Shown here: piece by piece, positions 40,035 to 49,788 of the stretch
How positions within the stretch are numbered: position 1 is the first letter of the stretch
Layout of the letters: each line of letters starts with the position of its first letter
Source: Dehalococcoidia bacterium
GTDB lineage: Bacteria > Chloroflexota > Dehalococcoidia > UBA2979
Direction of reading: 5' to 3'
Assembly: GCA_964291495.2 (NCBI GenBank)
Contig: OZ219872.1
Coordinates: 448,001 to 512,000 of the forward strand
Length of the DNA: 64,000 nucleotides
Made by a program: the position numbers and the translations under genes
The notes under the pieces: model-generated
What the model was told of the DNA's origin: nothing
What the model saw: the letters and a program-made list of their open reading frames with translations, nothing else
Databases searched by the model: none

Positions 40035-41117
40035 ATGCGCGCAGTGATCTTCCATGACGTCGGCAAGCCAATCACCATCGAGGAGATCGAGATCGACGAA
40101 CCACTCGCCGACGAGGTACTGGTCAAGACGGCCGCCAGCGGCATCTGCGGCAGCGACCTCCACTACTTCGACGGCACCTCGGCGATGCCCTACCCGGCCG
40201 TCTTCGGCCACGAGGGCGCGGGCGTGGTCGAGGCCGTTGGTTCCGGGGTCTCCGAGTTCAGCCCCGGCGACCACGTCATCGCCTGCCTCTCCGTCTACTG
40301 CGGGGAGTGCGTCGACTGCCTGACCGGACGCTCGAACCTCTGCGAGCTGAAGCCCGAGCGCGGCCCCGCTGACCCGCCACGGGTGTCACGCGACGGCGTG
40401 GGCCTGCACCAGCACGCCCGCGTGGGCAGCCACGCCGAGTACATGCTGCTGCACAAGAATGGGCTGGTGAAGATCCGCGACGACATGCCGCTCGACCGCG
40501 CCTCGCTGATCGGCTGCGGCGTCACCACGGGCTTTGGCGCCGCGCTGCGCACCGCGAAGGTCGAGCCCGGCAGCACCGTCGCCGTCTTCGGCACCGGCGG
40601 CGTGGGCCTCAGCGCGCTCAACGGCTCCGTCGTCGCCGGGGCGCGCATCGTGATCGCCGTCGACGTTCGCGACGACAAGCTCGTCAACGCCACTAACATC
40701 GGCGCCACGCACGTCGTCAACGGCGCCGAGACCGACCCCGTCGAGGCGATCCGCGAGATCACCGGCGGCGGCGCGGACTACACCTTCGAGGCGATCGGCA
40801 AGCCGCCGGTGGCTCGGCAGGCGTTCGACGCGCTGCGCGCCGGCGGCACCTGCACCGTCATCGGCGTGATGCCGATCGGCTCCGAGATCAGCATCACCGG
40901 ACGCGACCTGCTGCGCGAGAAGAAGCTGCAGGGTTCCTCGATGGGATCGAACCGGCTCAAGGTGGACATCCCGCGTTATGTCGATATGTACCTCGGCGGC
41001 AAGCTCAGGCTCGACGACATGATCACCAACCGTGGCACGATCGACGACGCCCCGGCCATGTTCGACGCCGCCATCGCCGCCGACGAGGCCCGCCAGATCT
41101 TCCTCTTCGACAGCTAG
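40035..41117 (+). CDS. Zn-dependent alcohol dehydrogenase (class III-like)
   Basis: GICGSDLH, GHEGAG, structural Zn CGECVDC..C, IGCGVTTG, GTGGVG. Confidence 0.93.
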   Translation: MRAVIFHDVGKPITIEEIEIDEPLADEVLVKTAASGICGSDLHYFDGTSAMPYPAVFGHEGAGVVEAVGSGVSEFSPGDHVIACLSVYCGECVDCLTGRSNLCELKPERGPADPPRVSRDGVGLHQHARVGSHAEYMLLHKNGLVKIRDDMPLDRASLIGCGVTTGFGAALRTAKVEPGSTVAVFGTGGVGLSALNGSVVAGARIVIAVDVRDDKLVNATNIGATHVVNGAETDPVEAIREITGGGADYTFEAIGKPPVARQAFDALRAGGTCTVIGVMPIGSEISITGRDLLREKKLQGSSMGSNRLKVDIPRYVDMYLGGKLRLDDMITNRGTIDDAPAMFDAAIAADEARQIFLFDS

Positions 41118-41127
41118 CGAGGGTGTG

Positions 41128-41511
41128 ATGAACGATCCGGCCGCGTTCGCCGGCCTCGAGGACGAGGACCACGTCAGCCTCGCGACGTTCAGGCGCAGCG
41201 GCGAGGCCGTGCCGACTGCGGTCTGGTTCGCCCTCCACGAGGGCGCGCTCTACGCGCGCTCTCAGGCCGCCGCCGGCAAGATGAAGCGGATCCGCAACCG
41301 CGGCGACGTGCAAATCGCGATCTGCGACGCGGCCGGCGTCGTGAGCGGCCCGTGGCTCGCCGGGACGGCGCGCATCCTCGAGGACTCGGACCCGCTCGTC
41401 GCCACCGCCGACGCGCTGCTCGACGAGAAGTACGGCGAGCGCAGGCGCGCGCTCGCGCGCTCCCGCGCCCCGGACGTGCGCCTCGCCTGGATCGAAGTAC
41501 GGCCGGCGTAG
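41128..41511 (+). CDS. PPOX-class putative F420-dependent oxidoreductase (Rv2061-like)
   Basis: SLATFRRSGEAVPTAVW..GKMKRIRN..V.IA.CD..G..KYG. Confidence 0.87.
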   Translation: MNDPAAFAGLEDEDHVSLATFRRSGEAVPTAVWFALHEGALYARSQAAAGKMKRIRNRGDVQIAICDAAGVVSGPWLAGTARILEDSDPLVATADALLDEKYGERRRALARSRAPDVRLAWIEVRPA

Positions 41512-41536
41512 CCGGCCGGGGACGGAGAAGGACGCC

Positions 41537-42481
41537 ATGCCCACCGTCGAGACCGCGCTCGGCCCGCTCGACACGGCGAAGCTCGGCTTCACGCTCTCGC
41601 ACGAGCACATCATCAGCGGCGACCTCGCCGTGCGGCACAACTGGCCGCACGTGATCGACGTCGAGAAGGAGATCGTGGACGCCCGGGCCCGCCTCGACGA
41701 GGTCTGGGATCTCGGCGTGCGCACGATGGTCGACCTTACGACCGTGGACCTCGGGCGGGACGCCTCGATCATCCGCCGTGTCGCCGAGGGCACGAAGATG
41801 CAGATCATCGTCGCCACCGGCGTGCACCGGCGCCCCCCGCGCTACTTCGAGCGGCGCGTGCCCGAGCCGGTCGTCGAGCTGTTCGTGATGGACATCGAGC
41901 AGGGCATCGCCGACAGCGGCGTCAAGGCCGGCTGCATCAAGCTCGCGACCGAGGAGGAAGTGGACCCGCTCAACGAGCTGATGCTGCGCGCGGGCGCGCT
42001 CACCCATCGCGCAACCGGCGTGCCGATCATGACGCACTCCAACCCGTTCCACGGCACCGGGAGAGACCAGCAGGACGTGTTCGAGGCCGAGGGCGTGGAC
42101 CTCACACGCGTGGTGATCGGCCACTCCGGCGACACGGACGACCTCGATTACCTGATGAGCGTGATGGACCGAGGCAGCACGATCGGGATGGACCGCTACG
42201 GCACGAAGATCGGCGCCGACACGGAGAAGCGCACCGACGTGATAGCGGAGCTGTGCCGCCGCGGCTACGCGGACCGCATGGTGGTCTCTCACGATGCCGG
42301 GTCGTTCTCGCTCAACGTCCCGCGCCACATCCGCGACACGCGCTTCCCGGAGTGGAACTACCTCACGATCCCCACGAAGGTGATCCCCGGCCTGCGCGAG
42401 CGCGGCGTGCCCGACGAGCAGATCGAGGAGATCACGACCCACAACCTGCGCCGCCTCTTCGAGCAGCAAGGAGCCTACTGA
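41537..42481 (+). CDS. Phosphotriesterase-like lactonase/amidohydrolase
   Basis: LGFTLSHEH, VATG, IKLA (carboxylated Lys), TGVPIMTHS, IGHSGDT, MDRYG, SHD. Confidence 0.9.
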   Translation: MPTVETALGPLDTAKLGFTLSHEHIISGDLAVRHNWPHVIDVEKEIVDARARLDEVWDLGVRTMVDLTTVDLGRDASIIRRVAEGTKMQIIVATGVHRRPPRYFERRVPEPVVELFVMDIEQGIADSGVKAGCIKLATEEEVDPLNELMLRAGALTHRATGVPIMTHSNPFHGTGRDQQDVFEAEGVDLTRVVIGHSGDTDDLDYLMSVMDRGSTIGMDRYGTKIGADTEKRTDVIAELCRRGYADRMVVSHDAGSFSLNVPRHIRDTRFPEWNYLTIPTKVIPGLRERGVPDEQIEEITTHNLRRLFEQQGAY

Positions 42482-42891
42482 TGATGTCGCACGACGAGGC
42501 GGACGCCTTCCTGCGCGAAGGGCGCATCGCCGACCTCGCCACGGTGCGGCCGAACGGCTCGCCGCACGTCGCGCCGGTCTGGTTCCACTGGGACGGCGAG
42601 GTCGTGAAGGTCTTCGCGCGGCCGACGGCGGTGAAGCTGCGCAACATCGCGAACGACCCGCGCGTCTCCGTCTCGGTCGCCACGCCCGACCGGCCCTACC
42701 GCTACGTCATCGTCAGCGGCACGGCCGAGGTTGCCGAGGGCGTGGACGTCAGCGAGCTGGTGCACACCATGGCGCGGAACTACATGGGAGACGTCGAGGG
42801 GCCGCCGTACGCCGAGGAGATCCTCTCGCGGATGACCCCGTTCAGCCTGATCACCGTGACGCCCTCGAAGATCAGCGGCTGGTCCGAGTAG
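42481..42891 (+). CDS. PPOX-class putative F420-dependent oxidoreductase
   Basis: LATVRPNGSPHVAPVWF..KLRNIANDPRVS..G.A. Confidence 0.87.
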   Translation: MMSHDEADAFLREGRIADLATVRPNGSPHVAPVWFHWDGEVVKVFARPTAVKLRNIANDPRVSVSVATPDRPYRYVIVSGTAEVAEGVDVSELVHTMARNYMGDVEGPPYAEEILSRMTPFSLITVTPSKISGWSE

Positions 42892-42912
42892 CAGCGCAGC
42901 CCTCGGCGTCGA

Positions 42913-44622
42913 TCAGCGGCGCCACTCCGCGATGTTCCACAGCTCGCTGTCCCAGGCGTTCATGCGCACGCCCTGCAGGGTGCTGGCGTGCGCGGACAGG
43001 GAGGCCCGGTTCACGAGCGGGATCTGGTAGTAGTGCTGCACGACGATGTCGTTGAGCCGCTTGACCAGCTCCGCGCGCTCCGGACCGAGCGTGGTCGCCG
43101 CCAGCTGCTCGTACAGCGCGTCGTAGTCCGCATTGCAGGCGCGTGCGACGTTGCTGTCGCCCCAGTTGTTATCTCGCCTCTGGATGTGCTCGCAGCGCAG
43201 GCCGGAGAGGTAGTCCTGAGGATCGATGCCTGTCCCGGTCGTGTACATCTGCACGTCCGCGAAGAACCTGCGATACGACTCGCCCGGGCTCGCCACCGGG
43301 TCGCCGCCGAAGAACAGGCTCGCGTCGTGGTCCACCAGCTCGGTCTCGATGCCGATCTGACGCCACCAGTCACGGATGAGGGCCTGCGTCTCCTGGCGCA
43401 CCGCGTTCGTCGAGGTCTGGTAGACGATGCGCAGCGGCACACCCTCGTGCTCGCGGATGCCGTCGCCGTCGCTGTCGACGACGCCGCTCTCGTCCAGCAG
43501 CCGCTTCGCGCCCTCGATGTCCTGGGCGAGGCACCCGTCGTTCGCCGATGAGACGTAGCGCGGCGGCCCGGTGACCAGGTTGCAGGTGGGCCCGCCCGCG
43601 AAGCCGTACAGCCGGTCGGCCAGCAGCGTACGGTCGATCGCCATCGACATCGCCCGCGCGATCGGCGTGAAGGTCAGGAAGGGGTGCGGGTTGCGCCCAT
43701 CGAGGTACTCGGAGCGTTCGTCCCCCAGCGCGGGGTCGGGGTTCGTCTGGTTGACGACGATTCGCTCCACGTCGCTGGCGAAGGCGATGACCACCATGCC
43801 CTGGCCGGCGCCCTCGAACTCCGAGAACTCATCCGGCCGCAGCTGCAGGTTCCAGGCGTAGTCGGCCTCGCCCGTCCCCAGCACCGCCCGCGCCGCCGTG
43901 ATGGCGTCGCCGCCGCCCTTGAGGACCACGCGATCGAAGTACGGATCCTCGCCGCGGTAGTGCGGGTTGCGCTCGTAGACGGCCTGCTCGTTCGGCGTGA
44001 ACTCGACGATGCGGTACGGGCCGGTGCCCAGCGGCGCCTGGTTCTGCTCGTCACAGGATGTGGCCGCCGCGCCTACGCAGCCGGCGAACTGCGCGCTGCT
44101 CATGATCGGCGAGCCGGCGCCGACGAAGACGGTGTAGGGGTACTGGCTGGGCGCACTGAAGGTCATGCGGACGGTCAGCGCATCGACGGCCTCGACGGAG
44201 GCGATGTCGGCGAAGGCGCTATGCGGGATGCAGCCCGTCGCCTCATCGGTGCAGTAGCGCCAGGTGAAGACGACGTCCTCGGCGGTCACGTCGCTGCCGT
44301 CGGACCACTTGAGGTCCTCGCGCAGCGTCCAGGTGATGGACATCAGGTCGGCGGCCAGCCCGCCGTTCGCGAGTGTCGGGATCTCGGCGGCCAGCCGCGG
44401 CACGAGGTTGCCGTCCGGATCGTAGCTGGCCAGCGGCTCGAGGGTGATCGCGCCCGCGTCGCGATCCTTGTAGCCCGCCGCCAGGTACGGCCCGGGCAAC
44501 GTCGGCGCCTGCCAGTAGAGGATGGTCAGCACCCGCTCCGCCGAGGACTGGAACGGGTTGCAGGCCGCGAGCAGCAGCAGGAGGGCGGTCAGGCCGAGGA
44601 CGAGCGTCTGGCGCGTGCGCAT
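42913..44622 (-). CDS. Peptide/nickel ABC transporter substrate-binding lipoprotein (family 5)
   Basis: Lipobox LAAC, LKWSDG..VTAEDVVFTW, GTGPY, DSDGDGIRE, C-terminal WNIAEW. Confidence 0.92.
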   Translation of the reverse strand: MRTRQTLVLGLTALLLLLAACNPFQSSAERVLTILYWQAPTLPGPYLAAGYKDRDAGAITLEPLASYDPDGNLVPRLAAEIPTLANGGLAADLMSITWTLREDLKWSDGSDVTAEDVVFTWRYCTDEATGCIPHSAFADIASVEAVDALTVRMTFSAPSQYPYTVFVGAGSPIMSSAQFAGCVGAAATSCDEQNQAPLGTGPYRIVEFTPNEQAVYERNPHYRGEDPYFDRVVLKGGGDAITAARAVLGTGEADYAWNLQLRPDEFSEFEGAGQGMVVIAFASDVERIVVNQTNPDPALGDERSEYLDGRNPHPFLTFTPIARAMSMAIDRTLLADRLYGFAGGPTCNLVTGPPRYVSSANDGCLAQDIEGAKRLLDESGVVDSDGDGIREHEGVPLRIVYQTSTNAVRQETQALIRDWWRQIGIETELVDHDASLFFGGDPVASPGESYRRFFADVQMYTTGTGIDPQDYLSGLRCEHIQRRDNNWGDSNVARACNADYDALYEQLAATTLGPERAELVKRLNDIVVQHYYQIPLVNRASLSAHASTLQGVRMNAWDSELWNIAEWRR

Positions 44623-44722
44623 GGGCCGACTCCTGAGACTCGGTACACGTTCGGGCGCTGCGATCGTGGCCGAGCGCGCCCCGCACCGCAAGACCCAAAC
44701 GAGCGGGCTGCCCGGGGCGCCG

Positions 44723-45889
44723 CTACGCCGCCCGCCAGGCCACCTCGCCGCCGAGCACCGTGAGCGCGGGCTCGAGGCTCAACTCGCCCTCGACGCTGTG
44801 GCCGGACATGTCGACCCAGCTCACCGCGCCCTCGACGAGATCGAAGACCGCGGCGTCGCCGGCCATGCCGGGCGCGAGCGAGCCGATCTCGTCGCCCAGG
44901 CCGAGGACGGCGGCGGGAGCAGCCGTGCTCGCCTCGACGGCGTCCTCGAACGGCATGCCGAGCGCGTGCAGCTGCGGGATCAGCTCGTGCATGCCGTAGG
45001 TGACGCGGCCCGGCGGCGGGAGGTGGATATCCGTGCTGATCGTCGAGGGCGCGAAGCCCTGCGCGATCGCCTGCCTCGTGACCTCGATACCGAAGTGTAC
45101 GCCGGCGTGCCCGACGTCCATCACGACGCCGCGCTCGCGTGCCGCCAACACCTCGGGGCGCACCGCGCCGCGCCCGTCCAGGATGCCCTCGAGGTGGGGA
45201 TTGAAGGCGTGCGTCACCACGTCGCCCTCGCCGAGCACCTCGAGGATCTCGGGCAGCGGGATCGGCGTGCCGCTGACGTGCACCATCAGCAGCGAGCCGG
45301 AGTCGTCGGCCGCCTTGCGCGCCAGCGCGAGCGCCTCGCGCGCGTCCCAGTGCGCGACGGCGTCGCGCTGCATCCTCACCTTCACCCCGAACAGGAAGCC
45401 GGGGTTGGCGCGGATCTGGGCGGCCGTCGCCTCGGCGTCGATCAGTCGCAGGTCGCGCAGCTCGCCGCCGACGGTGCGCCCGTGCGCCAGCCCGACCGCG
45501 CCGATGTGCAGCAGCGCGAGCAGCCGCACGCGGTGCGCGGGGAAGACATAGTCGCGCATCGCCCCGTAGTTGGCGATCCCCGCGCTCCCCGCGTCGAGGC
45601 CCGTCGTCACGCCCGAGGGCAGGCACGCTTCGTCGGCGTGGACGGCGCTGGTGGTGCCGCCGTGATAGAAGTGCCCGTGCAGGTCGATCAGCCCCGGCGT
45701 CACCAGCCGCCCGCTCAGCTCGACGACCTCGCCCGCCGTCTCCGCCTCGATCCGCTCGGCGACGGCGCTGACCCGCCCGTCGCGGAACGCCACGTCGCGA
45801 GGGCCGTCGATGCCCTGCGCGGGATCGAGCAGAGTCCCGCCGCGCAGCAGCAGGTCGTGTTGTGGCGTCGCTTCGGGCATCGCCGTCAA
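44723..45889 (-). CDS. Amidohydrolase/deacetylase family metallohydrolase (dihydroorotase-like)
   Basis: PGLIDLHGH, GVTT.LDAGS, GVKVR, MVH, TH.F, DVGH, STDIH. Confidence 0.88.
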   Translation of the reverse strand: MTAMPEATPQHDLLLRGGTLLDPAQGIDGPRDVAFRDGRVSAVAERIEAETAGEVVELSGRLVTPGLIDLHGHFYHGGTTSAVHADEACLPSGVTTGLDAGSAGIANYGAMRDYVFPAHRVRLLALLHIGAVGLAHGRTVGGELRDLRLIDAEATAAQIRANPGFLFGVKVRMQRDAVAHWDAREALALARKAADDSGSLLMVHVSGTPIPLPEILEVLGEGDVVTHAFNPHLEGILDGRGAVRPEVLAARERGVVMDVGHAGVHFGIEVTRQAIAQGFAPSTISTDIHLPPPGRVTYGMHELIPQLHALGMPFEDAVEASTAAPAAVLGLGDEIGSLAPGMAGDAAVFDLVEGAVSWVDMSGHSVEGELSLEPALTVLGGEVAWRAA

Positions 45890-45928
45890 TCCCTTCCGCT
45901 CATCGAGCGCGGCGCACCGCCGCGCGCC

Positions 45929-46024
45929 CCCTCACCCCAACCCTCTCCCGCCAGGGGAGAGGGGGCCGGAGGGTCGTCCGCCCCTCACCCTCGCCCTCGC
46001 CCGCCAGGGGAGAGGGGGCCGGAC
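45929..46024. repeat. REP-like element, two direct half-units (copy C)
   Basis: CCCTCACCCCAACCCTCTCCCGCCAGGGGAGAGGGGGCCGGA followed by a slightly degenerate second copy. Confidence 0.85.
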
Positions 46025-46064
46025 GGTCGCCACGCGCTCTGGCCCGCACGCGGCCGCGAGGGCG

Positions 46065-46832
46065 TTAGCGGCCCTTCCAGACCGGGGCGCGCTTCTCGGC
46101 GAAGGCGCGCGGGCCCTCCTTGATGTCCTCGCTGTACTTGATCGGGGCGAGGATGTGGCCCGCGATCTGCATGCCCTCCTGGCGGGTCAGCGTGACGCCG
46201 CGGTAGAGCACCTCCTTGAGGCCGCGCACGGAGAGCGGCGCGTTCTCCTCGAGGATGGCTGCGAATGCCTCCACCTCCTCGTAGAGCTTGTCGTCCGGCA
46301 CCACGCGCGTCGCGAAGCCCATCTCCAGCGCGCGCTGCGGCGTGATGTACTCGCCGGTCAGCACCACCTCGAGGGCGTTCCCGAGGCCGATGATGCGCGG
46401 CAGGTCCACCGTCCAGGCCGGCATCAGGCCGCGCTTCACCTCGCGGATGCCGAGCGTCGCCTGGTCGGAGACGAAACGGAAGTCGGAGAGCTGCGCGAGC
46501 TGCCAGCCGCCCGCGAGACAGTAGCCGCGGATGGCGGCGATCACGGGCTTCCAGACGCCGTCCGGCATCGCGTTGCCGATCGTGTGCTTCTTGCTCCAAT
46601 CCTCGCCGGCCGCGTCCACCTGGGCGCGCTCCTTGAGGTCCATGCCGGAGCAGAACGAGCGCCCGGCGCCGGTGAGGACGGCGATCCAGATGTCGTCGTT
46701 GTTCTTGACCTCCTCCCAGGCGTCGGCCAGCGCCTGGTTGAGCGCGTAGCTGAGCGCGTTGTGCACCTCGGGCCGGTTCATCGTCAGCCAGGCGACGTGC
46801 CCCCTGACCTCGAACTTCAGCTCGTCCGCCAT
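46065..46832 (-). CDS. Enoyl-CoA hydratase/isomerase family protein
   Basis: MNRPEVHNAL, SFCSGMDLK, KPVIAAIRG, AFAEKRAPVWKGR. Confidence 0.92.
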   Translation of the reverse strand: MADELKFEVRGHVAWLTMNRPEVHNALSYALNQALADAWEEVKNNDDIWIAVLTGAGRSFCSGMDLKERAQVDAAGEDWSKKHTIGNAMPDGVWKPVIAAIRGYCLAGGWQLAQLSDFRFVSDQATLGIREVKRGLMPAWTVDLPRIIGLGNALEVVLTGEYITPQRALEMGFATRVVPDDKLYEEVEAFAAILEENAPLSVRGLKEVLYRGVTLTRQEGMQIAGHILAPIKYSEDIKEGPRAFAEKRAPVWKGR

Positions 46833-46869
46833 CTGTCCGGTCCTTTCCTTCGGTTCGCTTGCCTCGCCG

Positions 46870-47982
46870 CTACGCTCCGGCGGCGGCGTGTCCCATCCGC
46901 TCGAGGGTGTCGTAGGCCTCCTCCATGAGGTCGAACACCACCTGCCGGGCGGGCTTGATCTCCTGCACGAAGCCGACGCCCTGCCCGGCCGCGACGGGGC
47001 CCGCCCAGTCCTCGAGGTCCCAGTCCTCCGCCGCCTGCAGCAGCTTGCCGCCGACGATGTCCTGCAGCGGCATCGGCAGCGGCTCGGGCGAGCCCTCGGC
47101 CTCCCACGCCTCGTAGTACTTGTTGCGGATGCCGCGGTTGCGCTTGCCATCCATCGCGGTCGAGACCCAGGCGTCCTGGTTCTGCGCCCGCAGCAGCCGC
47201 TGCTTCGCCCACTGCTTCGTCTCCGACTCGTGCGTCGCCTGCCAGATCGTGCCCGTCCAGACGCCGACCGCCCCGAGGGCGAGCGCGGCCACGATGTGCG
47301 CGCCGGTCGTGATCCCGCCCGCCGCGACGATCGGCGTGTCGTGCGCCGCCGCCAGTGCGGTCACCTCGCGCACGAGCGAGAAGGTGCCCATCCGCCCGGT
47401 GTGGCCGGCCGAGTCCTGACCCTGCGCGATGATCAGGTCGAGCCCCGCCTCGAGCTCGCGCGCGGCCTGCCTCGCGAGGCCGATCAGGCCCCAGACCTTC
47501 ACCCCTGCGTCGTGCATCTCGTTCAGCACGAAGGCGGGGCTGCCGAGGCCGGAGGCGAAGATCGGGATCCGTTCCTCCATCATGATCTCGAGCTTGGCGC
47601 GCGTCTCCGCGAGGCCGCGCAGCCGCGTGTTGCCCCACGGCGGGGGCGTCTTCGGCTCCGGGATCTCGTTCTCCTCGATCAGTCGATCGATGAAGTCCCA
47701 GTGGCTCTGCGGGATCTGCTCCTCGAGCTCCTCGCGCGTGCCCTCGACGTAGGAGGAGGGGATGGTGATGTCGACGCCGAAGGGGCGGTCGCCGACGCGC
47801 TCCTTGACCCAGCGGATGTTGGTGCGCATCTCCTCGGCGGAGACCGTGCTCTGGCCGAGCATGCCGATGCCGCCCGCGTTGGAGACGGCGACCGTCACAT
47901 CGCGCGTGTGCGCGAAGGCGATGATCGGGTACTCGCAGCCGTACTCCTCGCAGAGCCGCGTCTGCAGCGGGTCTTGCGCCAT
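46870..47982 (-). CDS. Nitronate monooxygenase / FabK-like FMN enzyme
   Basis: AVSNAGGIG, PFGVD, AQG.DSAGHTG, VAAGGI, LGA.GVWTGT, AGQGVG. Confidence 0.9.
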   Translation of the reverse strand: MAQDPLQTRLCEEYGCEYPIIAFAHTRDVTVAVSNAGGIGMLGQSTVSAEEMRTNIRWVKERVGDRPFGVDITIPSSYVEGTREELEEQIPQSHWDFIDRLIEENEIPEPKTPPPWGNTRLRGLAETRAKLEIMMEERIPIFASGLGSPAFVLNEMHDAGVKVWGLIGLARQAARELEAGLDLIIAQGQDSAGHTGRMGTFSLVREVTALAAAHDTPIVAAGGITTGAHIVAALALGAVGVWTGTIWQATHESETKQWAKQRLLRAQNQDAWVSTAMDGKRNRGIRNKYYEAWEAEGSPEPLPMPLQDIVGGKLLQAAEDWDLEDWAGPVAAGQGVGFVQEIKPARQVVFDLMEEAYDTLERMGHAAAGA

Positions 47983-48100
47983 CCGTCCCCACCTCCGCGC
48001 GCCGGCGCTCCCGAGGCCGGCGCCGCCGATGATAGCGCCCCGCCCGATGCCCGCGACCGCTATCACCCTCCTCAGGGCAGCGAGCACATCCCTTCCGGTT

Positions 48101-48255
48101 CCCTCTCCCCGAGGGAGAGGGTTAGGGTGAGGGAGGATCCACCCTCCAGGATTGCGTTGCGCCATCGGGGCGTTCGGAGGCGCGCGGGAGTCTTCCCCCT
48201 CACCCCCGCCCTCTCCCCTGGGAGCGGGAGCCGGATCGGCTTGTGGGAGTTCACA
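48101..48255. repeat. REP/REPIN-like palindromic element, copy D
   Basis: Same inverted arms as copies A/B around a ~63-nt core; lies between divergent genes. Confidence 0.88.
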
Positions 48256-48305
48256 AGGGTCTCCTCGGGGAGAGGGCGCGGAGGGACAGCGGCAGGGAGG
48301 CGCAG

Positions 48306-49244
48306 ATGACCGAGCAGCAGGCCGAGCGCGGGGTGGCGCTGGTGACGGGCGCCAGCCGCGGCATCGGCAAAGCGACCGCGGTCGCCCTCGCTGAGGCCGG
48401 CTACGACGTGATCGCCGCCGCCCGCACCCTCGAGGAGGGCGAGCCGCAGGAGATGACGGAGACCGTCCACGAGACGAACGTGCAGCCCGTCCCCGGCGGC
48501 AGCCTGCGCGACACCGTCGCGCAGATCGAGCAGGCGGGACGGCGCGGGCTCCCCGTCCGCTGCGACCTGATGAGCCGCGCCGACATGGACGCGCTGATCG
48601 AGACGGCGATCAGCGAGTTCGGCGGCATCGACGTCTTCGTCAACAACGCGCGCTACGTGGGGCCGGGCTTCAAGGACCGCTTCCTCGACACGCCCTACGA
48701 GGTCCTCGAGGACTCGATGCGCGTCAACGCGCTCGCGCCGCTCTACCTGCTCACGAAGATCGCGCCGCTAATGGCGGAGCAGGGCAGCGGGCTGATCCTG
48801 CACATCAGCTCGCTCGAGGGCGTCATGGAGTCGGCGAAGCTGCCGACGGGGCACTGGACCGGGCGCGGCGGGCTCTCCTACGGGGTCAGCAAGGCGGCCT
48901 TCAACCGTATCGGGCCGGCGCTCGCCAAGGAGTTGCGCGAGGACGGCATCGCAGTCGTCAACGTCGAGCCGGGCGATGTGGCGGTGGAGCGCAAGGCCGT
49001 GCAACGCGGCGACGCCTACGACCCGCGCAACCACGACTCGCCGCTGGCGGCGGCGCGCACCTGCGCGCACATCGCCGCCTCGAAGCATCCGATGTTCTAC
49101 TCGGGGCTCACGGTCTACGCGCCGGAGTTCGCGGTCGAGCGCGGCTTGATCGAGCCGGAGCAGGCCGCGCCCGGGCGCCGCGAGGAGTGGGGCCAGCCCG
49201 GCCGCCTGTTGCCCTTCTACAGCAACATGGCCCACGAGCGCTGA
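48306..49244 (+). CDS. SDR oxidoreductase
   Basis: TGASRGIG, NNA, YGVSK, VEPG. Confidence 0.9.
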   Translation: MTEQQAERGVALVTGASRGIGKATAVALAEAGYDVIAAARTLEEGEPQEMTETVHETNVQPVPGGSLRDTVAQIEQAGRRGLPVRCDLMSRADMDALIETAISEFGGIDVFVNNARYVGPGFKDRFLDTPYEVLEDSMRVNALAPLYLLTKIAPLMAEQGSGLILHISSLEGVMESAKLPTGHWTGRGGLSYGVSKAAFNRIGPALAKELREDGIAVVNVEPGDVAVERKAVQRGDAYDPRNHDSPLAAARTCAHIAASKHPMFYSGLTVYAPEFAVERGLIEPEQAAPGRREEWGQPGRLLPFYSNMAHER

Positions 49245-49278
49245 GGCCGGGCGTACCCGTCGCCTGTATCCTCTGCCC

Positions 49279-49788
49279 ATGACCGCTGCGCCGACCGACG
49301 CCGCATCCGCAGCCGCGCTGGACGAGCGCCTGGCCCGCCTCGCCGAGGCGCGCGCGGCGCTGCTCGACACGCTCGCGGGGCTGGACCAGGCGCGCTTCGT
49401 GCGCCGGCCGCCGGACCCGGCTGCCGAGGGCGACCGGCGCTGGTCGATACGCGAGGTGCTATGGCACGTCGCCGACTCCGATCGCTGCTGGCGCGGGTGG
49501 ATCGAGGGGGCGCTGCGCGGTGAGGCCGTGACGCGCTTCCGCGGCGTCCGCCGCCCCGCCCACCTCAACACCCTCCCGCAGCTGATCGAAAGTCTCGAGG
49601 AGCAACGAGCAGCCACGCTCGCGTTGCTCGGCGGACTCGACGGCGACGCCGACCTCACGACGCAGCGTCCGACGCCGTCGCACGAGCGCTCGATCCTCGA
49701 GGCGCTGGACCACCTCAGCAACCACGACCGCGAGCACGCCGAGCAGATCGCGGCGCTGGCCGCGCTGCCGCCCGGGGAGGAACGCTGA
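49279..49788 (+). CDS. DinB family protein
   Basis: RWSIREVLWHVA ... HDREHAEQI. Confidence 0.85.
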   Translation: MTAAPTDAASAAALDERLARLAEARAALLDTLAGLDQARFVRRPPDPAAEGDRRWSIREVLWHVADSDRCWRGWIEGALRGEAVTRFRGVRRPAHLNTLPQLIESLEEQRAATLALLGGLDGDADLTTQRPTPSHERSILEALDHLSNHDREHAEQIAALAALPPGEER

